In this document: positions 1 to 13,145 of the stretch, piece after piece
Layout of the letters: the number at the start of each line of letters is the position of its first letter
Numbering within the stretch: the stretch's first letter is position 1
Assembly: GCA_016748015.1 (NCBI GenBank)
Contig: JAAOMT010000436.1
Location: forward strand, 2,275,622-2,339,621
Length of the DNA: 64,000 nt
Source: Geosiphon pyriformis uo1
Taxonomy: Eukaryota; Fungi; Glomeromycota
Direction of reading: 5' to 3'
Position numbers and translations under genes: made by a program
Notes under the pieces: model-generated
Databases searched by the model: none
What the model was told of the DNA's origin: nothing
The model's input: the letters and a program-made list of their open reading frames with translations, nothing else

Positions 1-1799
1 AAAACTAGTTACAGAACCCATCCTCATGCAACCTAATTTGGATCAATCTTTTATTTTCCACACTGATGCATCAGGCTATGGACTTGGTGCTGTTCTTTCC
101 CAAAAAGATGAAGATAACAGAGAACACGCCGTAGCATATGCCAGTAGAACTCTCACACCAGCAGAAAAGAACTACTCAGTTACTAAGCAGGAATGCTTAG
201 CAGTAGTTTGGGCTACCAGCTACTGGGACAAATATCTTAAGGGTGTGAAATTTTTGGTGGTAACAGATCACCAAGCTTTGGTTTGGCTATGCAACAAAAG
301 AAACCTGGAACATAAATGGATAACTCGCTGGATGATCTACTTGGATGAATTCGACTATGACATTCAATACCACAAAGAAGCTAATCATCAAAACGTCGAC
401 GCTCTCTCCAGACTTACCATCCAGTGATAGTAAAACCCTTTCAAACCAAACCAACTTAATTATTTGTAACTCCCCCACAAACAAACACGATAATGGACTT
501 GGACAACTACTCTGTTTTAATGAAATTTTTAGGTAAAGGACAATACCTGCTGGACTATAATCGACAGCAAAGAGAACATTTGCGCAAACAATCAAATTTC
601 TATTTGATTTGCCAGAACCAGTTATATAAAAGAAATAGAAAAGATCCTGACCGCCCCCAGAGAGTCATTAGATTTGAAGAAAGAGAAATTGTGATCAACA
701 ATATGCACACTGATCCATTAGCTGGACACTTTGGAAAAACAAAAACAATTCAGAAAACTTTAGCTCGCTATTATTGGTCTACTTTGGGAAAAGACATTGC
801 TAAATACATCAAAACCTGTGATACCTGCCAAAGAAGAGAAAAACCCAATCGCAAGGAAGATATCCATCCAATCTCTGTTGGTCAACCATTTGATAGAATT
901 GGTATAGATGTTGTTGAACCTTTAACAGTAACTCCTAATGGCAACAGATACATTATCACAGCTACCAACTATCTTACAAAGTGGGTAGAAGCAAGAGCCA
1001 CCTCAGATTAAACAGCAGTCTCAATTGCCAATTTTATTTATGAAGATATTATCTGTTACCACGGCTGCCCCAAAGAACTTTTATCTGATAGAGGAAGAGC
1101 TTTTCTCAGTACACTGGTTGAAGAATTTTGCAGAAAAATGGGAATATGTCATAAACTCTCTTCCCCTTATCACTCCAAACAAATGACCTAGTAGAACGTT
1201 TCAATAGAACACTATGTGAAACCCTAGCCAAAACCAGTGAAGAAACCAACCTATGGAACAAAGTATTGCCTTCAGCCTTGTTTGCTTACAGAACTGTGAA
1301 TCATAACATAACAAGTTATGAACCCTTTTATCTGCTCTATGGACAAATGGCAACTCTACCAATATAAATGGATATAGAAACAATACCTTTTGAAGAAATA
1401 ACAATAGGAGATTACAAAGACATTTTGCAAAGAAGACTTGGTACCATTTTTGACTCATTAGTAGAAGCATGGATAATTGCCTTTGAAAAGATAAAACAGA
1501 TCCAAGAGAAGCTCAAAAAGAAAAAGACCTATAAAACACTTTCCTTAAGTGTTGGTAACTTAGTTTTGGAATACCGTTCAGACAGAGACAATGTCTATGG
1601 TGATAAATTCTCTAGCCAGTAGAAAGAACCCTTTATAGTCAACAAAGTTTTGAACAATGGTTCTTATATCTTACAAGATCAATATGGAACAATATTCAGT
1701 GATTGCCCTGTTCATGGCACGCGACTCAAGAAATATCACAAACAACCTGATTGGTTACCTGTTGTGGTAATACTGACCCAAATGATCAGCAAAAATTAG
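1..1799 (+). pseudogene. pol remnant of A1: RNase H + integrase with premature stops
   Basis: ORFs 26-427, 493-1011 and 1368-1622 are collinear with A2/A4 pol; stops are mostly CAA>TAA and TGG>TAG type. Confidence 0.93.
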
Positions 1800-1846
1800 A
1801 TATAAATAAATGCACCATTCCCAAAACAAAGGTATCTTCAATTGAC

Positions 1847-2503
1847 ATGAACAATTATTTCCTGGATTAAAACATTCAAAATGCTTTCTATACTCTCCAT
1901 GAATACTGGATCAAGAACTATCCAAATGCTACTCTGACTATCGAAAAACAAACCACTATAATAGACAACAGTGGAACTCACACTGTTATTAGACCAAAGA
2001 AAACAACTACCAGAAGAGAAAGAATTGGTGGCAAAATGGATAAATACCTACTGGAAAGCATAACAGCAGTGATACTTTCACCTTTCAGCACAATTGGAAA
2101 AACAATACAAGAAATCTTGCCCATAGACAAAAACTTGTCATATGGAAGACAACTAGAACTCTATAGTCATCTTGGTGAAATCATAGAAGACATGAAGCTC
2201 ATGAAGAAAACAACTTCAGAGATACAAGTGGAAATTTTGGGCATTATACGATTGGATGTCCCAAGAGTTTTGACCATTACAAAAAGAGCCAGAACTCTTA
2301 TACAAAGATTTGGTCTCTTGGATACAAAGCTTATTTTGCCTCAAGTACTATATACTCTATCCACAAAAGACTTCAACAAACTAGTTAGTTTTGAGTTAGA
2401 CAAAACCCTTCACATAGACTATCCCATAAATAGTTTGATTTTGCCAGAGCTCAATCTTTTTGGAGAGGATGATGTTATGGTTGAAACACATAGTTTTTAT
2501 TAA
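1847..2503 (+). pseudogene. ORF3 of A1 (extra ORF after integrase), one premature stop
   Basis: ATG at 1847 is in frame with ORF 2036-2503; TAA at 1868 where A2/A4 have CAA; TATAAATA at 1801-1808; reads through the PPT into the LTR. Confidence 0.85.
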
Positions 2504-3150
2504 TTATCACATGTATTAGCCACTGATGTCATATAATTACCCACCCTATTTTTAGATAGTGATTGTTGACCTGATCAATGACCTGACCATTGACCTGATC
2601 ATTGACCTGATTGTTGACCTGGTCGTTGACCATTTTAGATAGCTATATAAGTGATGATTCCCTTAGCTGTAGAAAGACATGATCAAAGTAACGAAATAAA
2701 CAATATCAATTACTTCCTTTCATAATCGCTTATTCTCCTTTTCTTACCTTCAAGTATCTACTTGTTGGCATTCACATACCTTATCTTTTTCCCTTCTTGA
2801 TTTGTATTTATTAGAATTAGCCTGAGAAGCAATTGGTTTGCTCTTGTAATTCATTGAATAAAGAAATGATTGAAAAGTACAATGATACCTGTTATTGATT
2901 CTAAGAATTGCCAAGTTGAGGCATAGAATAATAGCAGTGGTGTTATCTTGTTGACAATCACAGACTATTTTTCTACCTTCAGATTTAAGAAAAGATTAGT
3001 GACTGTGATTTTTATGAGACTGATCACACACATTGAATTCTTACTTATTCAATTTGCTCCCTTATTGTAATTCCTTCTTTGTTTATTTCCATCACCATAC
3101 AATACTGTTCTCCCTTGCTATTCATTAGTTTGTTACTCCAACCCGTAACA
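2473..3150 (+). repeat. 3' LTR of A1
   Basis: TG..CA termini, preceded by PPT; six 12-bp TGATCATTGACC-type units at 2560-2631; TATATAA at about 2644. Confidence 0.95.
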
Positions 3151-3886
3151 TTACGATTGAAACCCATAGTTTTTATTAGTTATCACATGTATTAACCACT
3201 GATGTCATATAATTAGCCATTCTATTTTTAGATAGTGATTGTTGACCTGATCAATGACCTGACTGTTGACTTGATCATTAACCTGATCATTGACCTAATC
3301 AATGACCTGATTGTTGACCTGATCATTGACCTGATCATTAACCTGATCATTGATCTGGTCATTGACCACTTTAGATAGCTATATAAGCGATAATTCTCTT
3401 AGCTGTAGAAAGACATGATCAAAGTAACAAAATAAACAATATCAATTACTTCCTCTTATAATTGTTTATTCCCCTTTCCTTACCTTTAAGTATCTACTTG
3501 TTGGCATTCACATACCTTATTTTTTCTCCTTCTTGATTTGTATTTGTTAGAATTAGCCTGAGAAACAATTGGCTTGTTCTTGTAATTCATTGAATAAAGA
3601 AACAATTGAAAAGTACAACGATACCTGTTATTGATTCTAAAAATCGCCAAGTTGAGGCATAGAATAATAGCAGTAGTGTTATTTTGTTGACAATCACGGA
3701 CTATTCCTCTATCTTCAGATTTAAGAAAAGATTAGCGACTGTGATTTTTATGAAACTGATCACACACATTAAATTCCTACTTATTCAATTTGCTCCTTTA
3801 TTGTAATTTCCTCTTTGTTTATTTCCATTATCATACAATACTGTTCTTCCTTACTATCCATTAGCTTGTTACTCTAACCTGTAACA
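3151..3886 (+). repeat. Second family-A LTR directly abutting the A1 LTR (lacks the first TG)
   Basis: Near-identical to 2473-3150 with eleven 12-bp units (3236-3367); ends GTAACA and is followed by family-C gag. Confidence 0.93.
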
Positions 3887-5913
3887 CTATGAATTGGTAA
3901 TATTCTGAAGAAAATATAAGATTACTTGTAATGCTCTGATGTCATCCCATTTATTGGTTGCGATGGCTTTTTTCATGTTATTGAGTCATATTTGTATGTC
4001 ATTTTCTTTGTTGGTAAATTTCTGGAGTTTTGCAATTGGTGCATATGCTATTGGTGCTAATAGTAGTTGTTATTGTAGTTGTGGTTACTATTGAACCTGT
4101 TGCTGAAGTAATAATAATAGCTGTTATTGTTGCTGTTTAGCAATTGGTACAACTGGTAATAGATCTATTATGATTACTAGAAATAAGTTTTGGTAAACTA
4201 TAGAGATGGAGTTTGGATTGTTTGGATTTGGCTGAGTTGGAACAATTAAGGTTTGAATTTCCAGGTTTCTTGAAATCAGATTTTGATAATTAAATTTCTG
4301 ATTTCCATTTTTCTCTTCTTCCGATTTCATTATTTCTCAAAGACTACTGGTTCTGAAATCTGGTTGAAGTGGCAGTAATTGAAATTCTAATGACATTGAT
4401 GATTGTGATTTAAATTTCTCAAAATAATTGTCATAAGTTCCTAATAAATTGGCTTTTTCTTGGTTGTTTTGGATGGTTATTCTTGCTAACAGTGTTCTCA
4501 TAGTTAAGATAAATGTGTCTGCTGATGTTATGTTGATAATACTTCCTAGTATATGGTAGTATAATGAATGAATAGAAAAAACTACTTTTGGTTTTTTCTA
4601 AGTAAGTAGTTGTATTTTTTTTGATGTTTCTGTTGGTGTTTGTAGTTTTCTCTTGCCTTTTTCTATATAAGTAATAGGAAACATTTGTTGAGTGTGATTT
4701 TTAATTTCTTTGTTGATTTCAGTGATGATTGATATAAAATTGTAATTTACTAGTAAGCTGGTATATTGAATTAATTCATTATAGAAATTTTCTCTTGCTA
4801 ATTCTGTATTCACTAATTTTCCTAAGAAATATTTAATTCTTTTATTAATGTAAAAGTTGAAAACTGATTCTACTAATAATTGGTTGTTGGTTAATTTCAA
4901 GTGTTAACAGTAGTATTAAAATAAGAATTTGGTAAATCCTAAATGGTTTGTTCTTTTTCTTTCTAATTTTGCCACTTTTAAATAATTGTTATTAGTGCTG
5001 GTTTTTTGTAGGATTATACTTTACAGAGAACACCAAATGTTACAGATGATTACTTGGAGTCTCAAATCAAATAACAAACCTGTAATTTGGTGCTTAATAG
5101 CTGATCTTATTGGTAATATTTAAAGGTTTTGGTCATCTAAAGATTTTGGTGAAGTTCTTTGTATAATAAACAGAGATTCAATAGTTGTTTTTAGTTGCCT
5201 CCCAGAATTGCAATTCCATTAATTTTTTTTCAGCATGATGACCAGCAATTTTCTAGTAAGCTATCCTCAAATTTGAATGTTTACCCTTATTTTTGGGTCT
5301 TTTATTAGTATTATATTCTAATATTAGTACTCTACATATTAAATTTTTTTAATCAATTTAGTAAATAAACAACAAAAAAATAAAATAAAAATAAAAGAAA
5401 AAAAAATGAAAAAATAAACTAAGACAAGAAAAGTTAGTATCCTGTCAATAGTTGTGATCAAGAGTTATTGGTCCAGTATAGTTAAGTATTAATTACTATC
5501 AACATGAAGTGTTAATAGCAAAAGATGGATTATAATTAAAATAAGTATTTTATTAATATGAAATAAGAGGACTTGGTGAATTTAAACTAACAATTTTAAC
5601 TTTGAAATTCTTTTTAAGAATTCTGTTCTTTTTGTTTTTAATACTACTGCTATATATACATAAATTTTGTTATACAAGATTTCTTGAATTTTTCAAATCT
5701 CTAGCCAGAAATTCTGAAATTCTTGAAATTCTATAATTTTTTGAAAGGAATCCTGAAATTCTGAAATCTTGTAATTCCTTTTACTGAAATCCTGTAATTC
5801 TGGAATCCTGTGATTTTTTTGAGAAGAATCTTGGAATTTTATTTTTATTGTGTTTTTTCTAATTGGCTAATTTATATACTAATATATATAATTTCTATAT
5901 TCTATGAGTAATA
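3887..5913 (-). mobile_element. Family C element C0: decayed gag 5' part, PBS and 5' LTR
   Basis: Gag homologous to C1/C2 (ESVFNFYINKRI...PITY); PBS-like TGGTGTTCTCTGTAAAG at 5019-5035; LTR 5038-5913 homologous to 40219-41050. Confidence 0.9.
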
Positions 5914-6421
5914 TTATTAATGATTTAAAATGTTTATAATAAAAGCATCTGTCCCAAAATAAAAATACAAAACAATAATTATTTTGAAAGAAATACAAAA
6001 TGATTGATGACTATGTATAATAATTTTAGGTTTTAAATAAATTTTTTATTTTTCATAATATATAATAGTTATAAGAAAAAAAAATTGATTCTTGTTTGGC
6101 TGTCTTTTTCTAACTTTTACAACTACTTATTTTTATATATTTTTTTTGGTTTTACAAGATTGCTTTTTAATCATTTTGTTTTTGTTAGTTATTGCTTCAC
6201 TATTTCTGTTATTGTTTTATTTTTCTATATTATTACTAGTTATTCTATGTTTTAACTAATTATTTTGTACTATAATATATTATCAAGTTTTGTATTATGT
6301 TATTTTGAGTTATTATGCATTATTCTGTGTTTTTTTGCATTATTCTGTGTTATTTTATGTTATCACATTTTTGGTCATGTTTTTTCTATAACTTTAGATT
6401 GGTTTTTCTATTCAGGTAACA
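5914..6421 (-). repeat. Decayed family-B LTR remnant (interrupted by C0)
   Basis: Aligns by eye to B1 LTR 22825-23416, including the TGTTAT repeats and the terminal GGTAACA. Confidence 0.8.
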
Positions 6422-6490
6422 ACACTTAATTTAAATTACTTAGTTTAATATATTATGTAAGATAATATTTAAGTCTTACTTATAAAATAA
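6422..6490 (+). mobile_element. Degenerate 3' tail of a LINE of the same type as 41520-41590
   Basis: AATTTAAATTACTTAGTTTAATATATTAT... resembles AGTTTAGATTACTTAGTTGATGTATTAT... just before the LINE poly(A). Confidence 0.5.
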
Positions 6491-7470
6491 TATTATTATT
6501 ATTAATATTAACAATTATAAATACAACAAAAAATAAAACATAATAACTAATTATTAAGTAATATAATTAATTATAAAATTAAAAAACAAATTATTATTAT
6601 ATTATATCAAAGTTAAAAAATAATAAAATAAAAAATTTAATTACAAATAAGATAGACTATTTTATATTTATAAAATATTTAAAAATAAATTATACAAGTT
6701 AAAATTAGATAAAAAAATATTAAAAAAAGCAGCAGTTAATAACCAGTTAAAATTATATTATAACAAATCAGTAATAATAACACAAATACTCAAAATTAAA
6801 ACACAATTACTACTAATATTATCAGATCAAATTCTACAAAATCTAAAGCCAATAGTTTTAATTAAATACTATTTAAAAAATAATTAATTTTAGATTATAC
6901 TTTATAAACATAAAAACTTATGCAAAAAAATTCAAACAGTAATTAAAAACATTAACAATAATACATATTTCAAAAAACATCAATATAACTCAATAATTAT
7001 TATTTGAAAACTTACAATAATTAATTTAAATTTAGAAATCACAATCAGTAGTTTTAAAATAATATATATATATATATAAAAGTAATAAAAGTTTCAATTT
7101 AAAAAAAGAACATGATTTTAAGTTATATACTATTATTTCTAAACACAATAATAAATTTATTAACAAAATTATTGAAAAGTTAAAAATAGCATTATTAATT
7201 CCTTAAAATAAATAATTACAAAGTAATTCCTTTATTTCCAATTTTTTAATAAAATAATTAACATTAAAATAATTAATACTTTTTTGCTTAACAACATTAT
7301 TATTGAATTTCACTTATTAGCTTCCAAAAACCCAAAACTAATAACAAACTCAAAATTAATCTCTGGTTAGATTAATATCCAAATTAAACCAATGGACAAT
7401 TAATCCACTAATACTAATATCACGAACACAACTTTAGATTGGCAATTAACCAAATAAAGAAAAAAAAATT
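6491..7470. other. Extremely AT-rich relic DNA, probably ancient hypermutated TE
   Basis: Very low G, no ORFs; looks like the end-point of the decay seen in B0; family not assignable. Confidence 0.4.
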
Positions 7471-7784
7471 CGGAACTCATGAATAAAAGCAAGATCATGC
7501 CAAAAAACTCACCTCAATAGGAAATTTTTGGTTGAATATGCTGTATCCTACATGAAATAAATATCTTGCAGCATTACTGTCAATATTCTATGATTGTCTT
7601 ACTGAACTTTACTTGTTTTTAATATCCCCAAATTAAAATTAGAGACCTAAAAAATTTAGGACAATCAATTTATCTTATGAACGTATACGCATAAACTGAT
7701 TTTTATTTCAAGCCAGGGTATCGAGTCCTAGTAATATATTGTTCAATGGCCATAAGGCTTCCAGTTGCTGGTTTTAATTTCAAA

Positions 7785-9625
7785 TTACATTTGAGCTTGC
7801 TTATCGAGATCATCAGGCGCCGCATAATTTTCAACATGCATGTCATTTAAACCAAGGCTCTCATTTTCCTCCCATGTTCGTTTATAGGTTTCAATTACCA
7901 TATTGGGATCAGAATCTAAAGAGTATTGAGAAGAGGTTAGTTGGTTTTGAAATAGGTTGAGCTTTCCGACTTAAATCAGGATTAAAAACTTGAGAAAAGA
8001 AATAATCTATATTTATATTTACCAGGGGCATAAGGATTTTGTAAATATGAATTTGCTAATGGGTCATTTAGTATCAAATATACAGGAAGCATCGAGCCAG
8101 AAATAACATTATTCAAATTTTCTATGAATTTATCAAATTTTGCTCGACGTTCGTCTTGAATAGAGTCACCATGTGCAAAGGGAACTCGGGCTTTCAATTC
8201 TTCACATACTTGTCGCAATAATCCTTCTACTGTTGTAAATCTTCCACCTAAAGTCCCCGGTAATAATTCTAAATTGATCTCAGGTATGGAAAGGCCGCAT
8301 GTCTCGGATTTAAGAATATCTCGTGACATATCTTCCATATCCTCCATAAGGAGGGTTATTCGTTTTCCTTGAGGCGAGATTGGACCACCAGCCTTTACTT
8401 CATTTGATTTATATCCACAACTCTATTTGTAAAATTTATATGATTTAACTTAGGGAAACAGTTTCAATTGCATCTTTCAGAAATTAACCTACATCACAAG
8501 AAGTCGACATAATGACAACCTCTCTGAAATGAGGTATATTTATCACATGCATTCTTGTATCTGTTGGGGTATTACAATTATAGCAATTTGCTGGGAAAAT
8601 CATGACTTCGGGAATTTCTTCGTTTTCAACGTCCGTTTTATTTTCATCATCCTCTTCTTTTGGAGCATTCTGATTGTTATAACCTAAAGCGACTTCCATT
8701 TCTTGTGTTCGATTATAATGTAGAATTTTTATTTTAGGATCTGAATGTGGAGCACACAGATTCTCAATGTAGCTTTGAATTAAGTGAAGATACTTGTCAG
8801 ATTAAGGAGAATTTCAAAAATAACCAAAAAGTATATGTACCTGTTTCCAGCTGGGTCATCAATAGATACGGTAAAATTTTGAGTACCGTTGCGAAATGCC
8901 TCCAATTGCTCAAGTACTCTCTCGATCTTGTTATGGGTATCCTGATCCGTAAACTTTCGTGTGGATTGACCACTTGATAAATCTTCGATGATTCGAGCAA
9001 TCAGACCTTCAACTGTTGTCAAGGTCCCTTTTTGAGTATTTGACGATGGTAACTCAAGATCAAGTTCTGGGATTTTCACGCATGCTGTTTCAGATCTTAA
9101 AAGTTGTCGATTGAGATCTTCTTTTGTGAAAATTTCGCATGTGTAAATACATCCTTTTTCAGCGATCGATCCTGTAAATTGGACTTCGTTATTGTTAAAA
9201 CCACAGTGCTACAGTAAAATCAAAGGTTAATTGTTTTGTTTTGTTTATTGACTAATGGCAGGCCAACTTCTATAATAAACTTGCAAAGTTACCTCACAAT
9301 CAAAACTCATAATCACAATCTCTCGCCAATGTGGAATTTTTGTCAATAAAAGCCGTGTAATCCCCTGGTTTAAGAAAAAAGAGGGTTACGAATCTCTGAT
9401 TTGCTGCAAATAGACCAAGGTAAAATTGATGATTCTTACATTTTTTTCACAATTCATGCAATAACTCTCAATTTCTGTAGGTTTTCCGGTATCTCCTTGG
9501 TCGTTAGCAGCAGCACTGACAACATCACCAATGTTTTGAAAAAGTGCCTCTCTATTGTACTTTTTACTGTCAATATCAGTATCGGCTTGATCTCTACCTT
9601 CTCGAGAAAGGCATTTTTTAGACAT
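7785..9625 (-). CDS. ZPR1: Zinc finger protein ZPR1 (eEF1A chaperone), 6 exons, about 478 aa
   Basis: Exons 9440-9625, 9293-9364, 8841-9208, 8493-8772, 8023-8422 and 7785-7915, joined at GT-AG introns, give an open 1437-nt frame. Two ZPR1 repeats: [53 protein letters not shown] and NCYNC..[52 protein letters not shown]. Confidence 0.96.
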
Positions 9626-9799
9626 GTTCTTAGAATGAAATTCTATCCTAAATTAACCGCTAAATTATTTACTTTCAGGGATATGTTATGTCATACACAC
9701 CAGAATTTTCTAAACTCTAGACAAAGATTATACGTAATATTTGAAAGTTTCAACTTTTACCCTATTTTTGTGAGGAAACTTTCCAAAAGTTAATTATTT

Positions 9800-10970
9800 T
9801 TAATAAGTAAAAATTCTTAAAAGTCATATTTCAAATTGTGAACTTAAATAAAAATGAATTATAACTGTCCTAAATAAATGATTGAAAATTAACGTTATAA
9901 CTACTATAAAACTAACATTACAAAAATCTTTGTATAAACCATTTGGACATAAGATTTTTAGAATTTAAAACAATGTTTATGCTTATCCAGCAATTAAAAT
10001 ACAAAAAATGTTTAAAATTAATAACATATTAGTTTTTTCTAATATTATTAATCTTAAATTTAATTTTTTTTGGCTTTAAAATTATTTTATTATTAATAAT
10101 TAAATAATTTAAAACAATTTTATAAAATAAGTGCTCTAATATACTTTTAATTATGTAATTTTTATCAATAATAAACCTTTTTATATACTTTTTTATAATT
10201 AAGTTTATGTTTATAATTTTAGTTATCTTAAATTTATAATATTAAAAACTTGATAATTTCTTTTAATTTAAAAAAAACATTATTAATATTAGCCAAACTT
10301 ATATTATTTATTAAAACTAATATTTTAAATGCTTTAATAATATTAATAAAAAACTACATATATAAAAACCAATTAAATTTAGTAACAAAACCTAACTTTT
10401 AAGTCTTAATAATTTTAGTTATTAATAGTTTTAACTTAAAAAACTTTAATAACAGCTTATTTTTGAAGTTATTGTATTTAATAAATTAAAATAAAAAAAT
10501 TTTTATTAAGTATAAACACAAAGTGTTTTTAAAAATATTTTATATTATATTTAAATTTCCAAATTTTTTTAATATACTAAATATATCTATCATATTTAAT
10601 GTTTTAAATAAAGTTATTTTACTAAAACAAATTTATTTAGTACTATTAATATTAAAGTTTTAATAATTTTTGTTAACTTATTTGTGTATAAAGTTTAAAT
10701 AAGTATTCAAAAAACTACTTAAATTAATAAAAACCAAAATTATCTTATAATTAATATTAAAAAACTTAAATATATTATAAATATACTTATTATAAACAAA
10801 AACTTATTAACAAAAATATAATTGTAAATTAATATGTTAAAAAATTGTGTAATCTTAACTTAAATTATTTTTTAAAATTAATACTGTATTTGGTATTATT
10901 TTTATTAAAATTATTATTTAAGACTATATAAGTATTAAAATTTATAATTTTAACAATAAAAAATTATTGT
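9800..10970. other. Extremely AT-rich relic DNA upstream of ZPR1
   Basis: No ORFs, very low GC; likely old TE debris; not assignable. Confidence 0.35.
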
Positions 10971-12447
10971 TGTTATAGGTAAACTTGTTGAAATATGATA
11001 GTAATATTTAATACTTTAAATTTGGATAAAAAAGCTTAAAAGTTTCTATTATAAACACTTAAAGTAAGTTAGTAATATTAGTTTTTAAAAGTTTTTGCTA
11101 ATTTTATCTATAGAGTTTTTTGGTTATAAGACACAAAAAAATGTTTTGGCTGTTTGTAGCTTAAGTATATAAGCTATTTTTTCTGAACTAGTTAAATATA
11201 GTTACTAAAATCTGGCAGTATTTTTTTGCTCTTCTAATAAGCTAACAAAATAATATTAATATTTAATTCTAAAAAAAGTTTTTTTTTTTATTAAGCTATT
11301 ATAAAGTCTATTTTTAGACAGTCAATTTTAGAATATTGTTACTCTATAAGAGAATAAAAAAAAGATAAAATTTAAAAAAAAGATAAATTAGTATTATCAA
11401 TTACTGTAATTAAGAACAATTAGTCCAAGTTATTAAGATTTTACTACAATTATATTAAGAACATCTGGCTAAAAACTAAAATAAAAGAAGTAATTAATTT
11501 AGTTAAAACATATAGATTTAAGATTTAAATATAAGTGATTTAGTTTTGACTATTTTTTTTATTTGAAGTAATATAAATATAAAATATAAATAAGATTAAT
11601 TTACAAAAAAGATAGAAAAAAAAATAGAAAAAAAATTGTTTTTTTTTATCTGTTTTTTTTTATTTTTTAAAACTATTTGTTTTTATATATTTTCTTTAGC
11701 TCTACAAGATTGTTTTTAATCATTTTATTATTAATAACTATTACTTATTATTTCTGTTATTGTATTGTTTTTTTATGTTATTATTAATTATGTTAGGTTT
11801 TGATTGATTATTTTATACTATATTATGTTATTATATTGTTATGGATTGGAGTAACAAGCTAACAAATAGCAAGGGAGAACAGGATTGTAGGGTGATAGAA
11901 ATAATCAAAGAAGATTCAACTTCAATGAGCAAATTGAATGAGTATGGATTCAATATGCAAGATCAGTCTCATAAAATATCTTAGTCGCTATTCTTTTCAA
12001 AAGGTAACAAGGAAATCTGAAGATAGAGGGATAGTCCATACTGTCAACAATTGATCACCACTAGTATAATTCTATGCCTTACGTCGGCACTCTTAGAATT
12101 CAATATCAGGTATCAACTTGTGCTCTTCAGTCACGTTTATACAAATAGTTTTCAAATACTACAATTATTCAAACAGGAAAAGACCAACAAGTAATCTTTT
12201 ATCTTAAGATGTTCGGATACTTGAAGTTAGGGAAAGGGAAATTAGTGATAAGAGAGTGATTAAGATAAAAGTTGTTATTTTTATTTATTTGATTCTTGTT
12301 TGAGAGATGATTTTCTACAGCTAAGAGACTTATTGCTTATATAGCTATTGAAAATGGTCAATGATTAGGTCATTGATCAGGTCAATAATCACTATCTAAA
12401 AATAAAGTGGCTAATTATATGACATCAGTAGCTAATACATGTAATAA

Positions 12448-13104
12448 TTAATAAAAATTATGGGTTTCAATCATAACATTATCCTCTTCAAAGAGATTGA
12501 GCTCCAGCAAAATCAAGCTATTTATAGGGTATTCTAATTGAAAAGTTTTGTTTAACTCAAAACTAACTAGTTTGTTGAAGTCTTTTGTGGATAGAGTATA
12601 TAGTACTTGAGGCGAAATAAGCTTTGTATCCAAAAGACCAAATCTTTGTATAAGAGTTTTGGCTTTTTTTGCAATGGTCAAAACTCTTGAGACATCTAAA
12701 CGTATAATGCCCAAAATTTCCACTTGTATCTTTGAAGTTGTTTTTTTCATGAGCTTCATTTCTTCTATGATTTCACCAAAATGACCATAGAGTTCTAGTT
12801 GTCTTCCATATGACAAGTTTTTGTCTATGGGCAAGATTTTTTTAATTGTTTTTCCAATTGTCATGGAAGGTATAAGTATTGCTGCTGTTATGCTTTTCAG
12901 CAAATACTTATCTATTTTGCTACCAATTCTTTCTCTTTTGGTAGTGGTTTTCTTTGGTCTAATAACAGTATGTGTTTCACTGTTATCAGTTATGGTGATT
13001 TGTTTTCCAATGGTCAGAATAGCATTTGGATAATTTTTGATCCAGTACTCATGGAGAGTATAGAAAGTGTTTTGAATATTTTGATCTAGGAAATAATTGT
13101 TCAT
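12448..13104 (-). CDS. ORF3 of A2, intact, about 218 aa, unknown function
   Basis: Open frame from ATG 13104 (MNNYFLDQNIQN...) to a stop inside the 3' LTR; TATAAATA at 13143-13150; closely similar to the A1 copy. Confidence 0.8.
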   Translation of the reverse strand: MNNYFLDQNIQNTFYTLHEYWIKNYPNAILTIGKQITITDNSETHTVIRPKKTTTKRERIGSKIDKYLLKSITAAILIPSMTIGKTIKKILPIDKNLSYGRQLELYGHFGEIIEEMKLMKKTTSKIQVEILGIIRLDVSRVLTIAKKAKTLIQRFGLLDTKLISPQVLYTLSTKDFNKLVSFELNKTFQLEYPINSLILLELNLFEEDNVMIETHNFY

Positions 13105-13145
13105 GTTAATTGAAGATACCTCTGTTTTGGGAATGGTGCATTTAT

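Larger units (their letters stand above)
1..3150 (+). mobile_element. Ty3/gypsy LTR retrotransposon family A, copy A1 (3' part; 5' part outside window)
   Basis: RNase H (FHTDASGYGLGAVL...ECLAVVW...VTDHQAL), integrase (H-H-C-C finger, core, GPF-type tail), ORF3, PPT GGAGAGGATGA, then an LTR TGTTATGG...GTAACA at 2473-3150. Confidence 0.95.

Noticed and set aside
2560-3367. Short regular repeats as a CRISPR array
   Set aside because: Units are 9-20 bp and abut without unique spacers; they lie in LTR U3; there are no cas genes and the context is eukaryotic.
3887-3890. CTAT matching the A4 left flank (51565-51568) as a TSD pair
   Set aside because: Wrong order and different host sequences (C0 gag versus C2 RNase H); coincidence from target preference.
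6491-7470. Minus-strand LINE ORF2 relic
   Set aside because: Strand bias is suggestive, but no motif could be recovered with confidence.
8747-9793. Plus-strand ORFs 8747-8977 and 9401-9793
   Set aside because: Antisense shadows of ZPR1 exons with no recognisable motifs.
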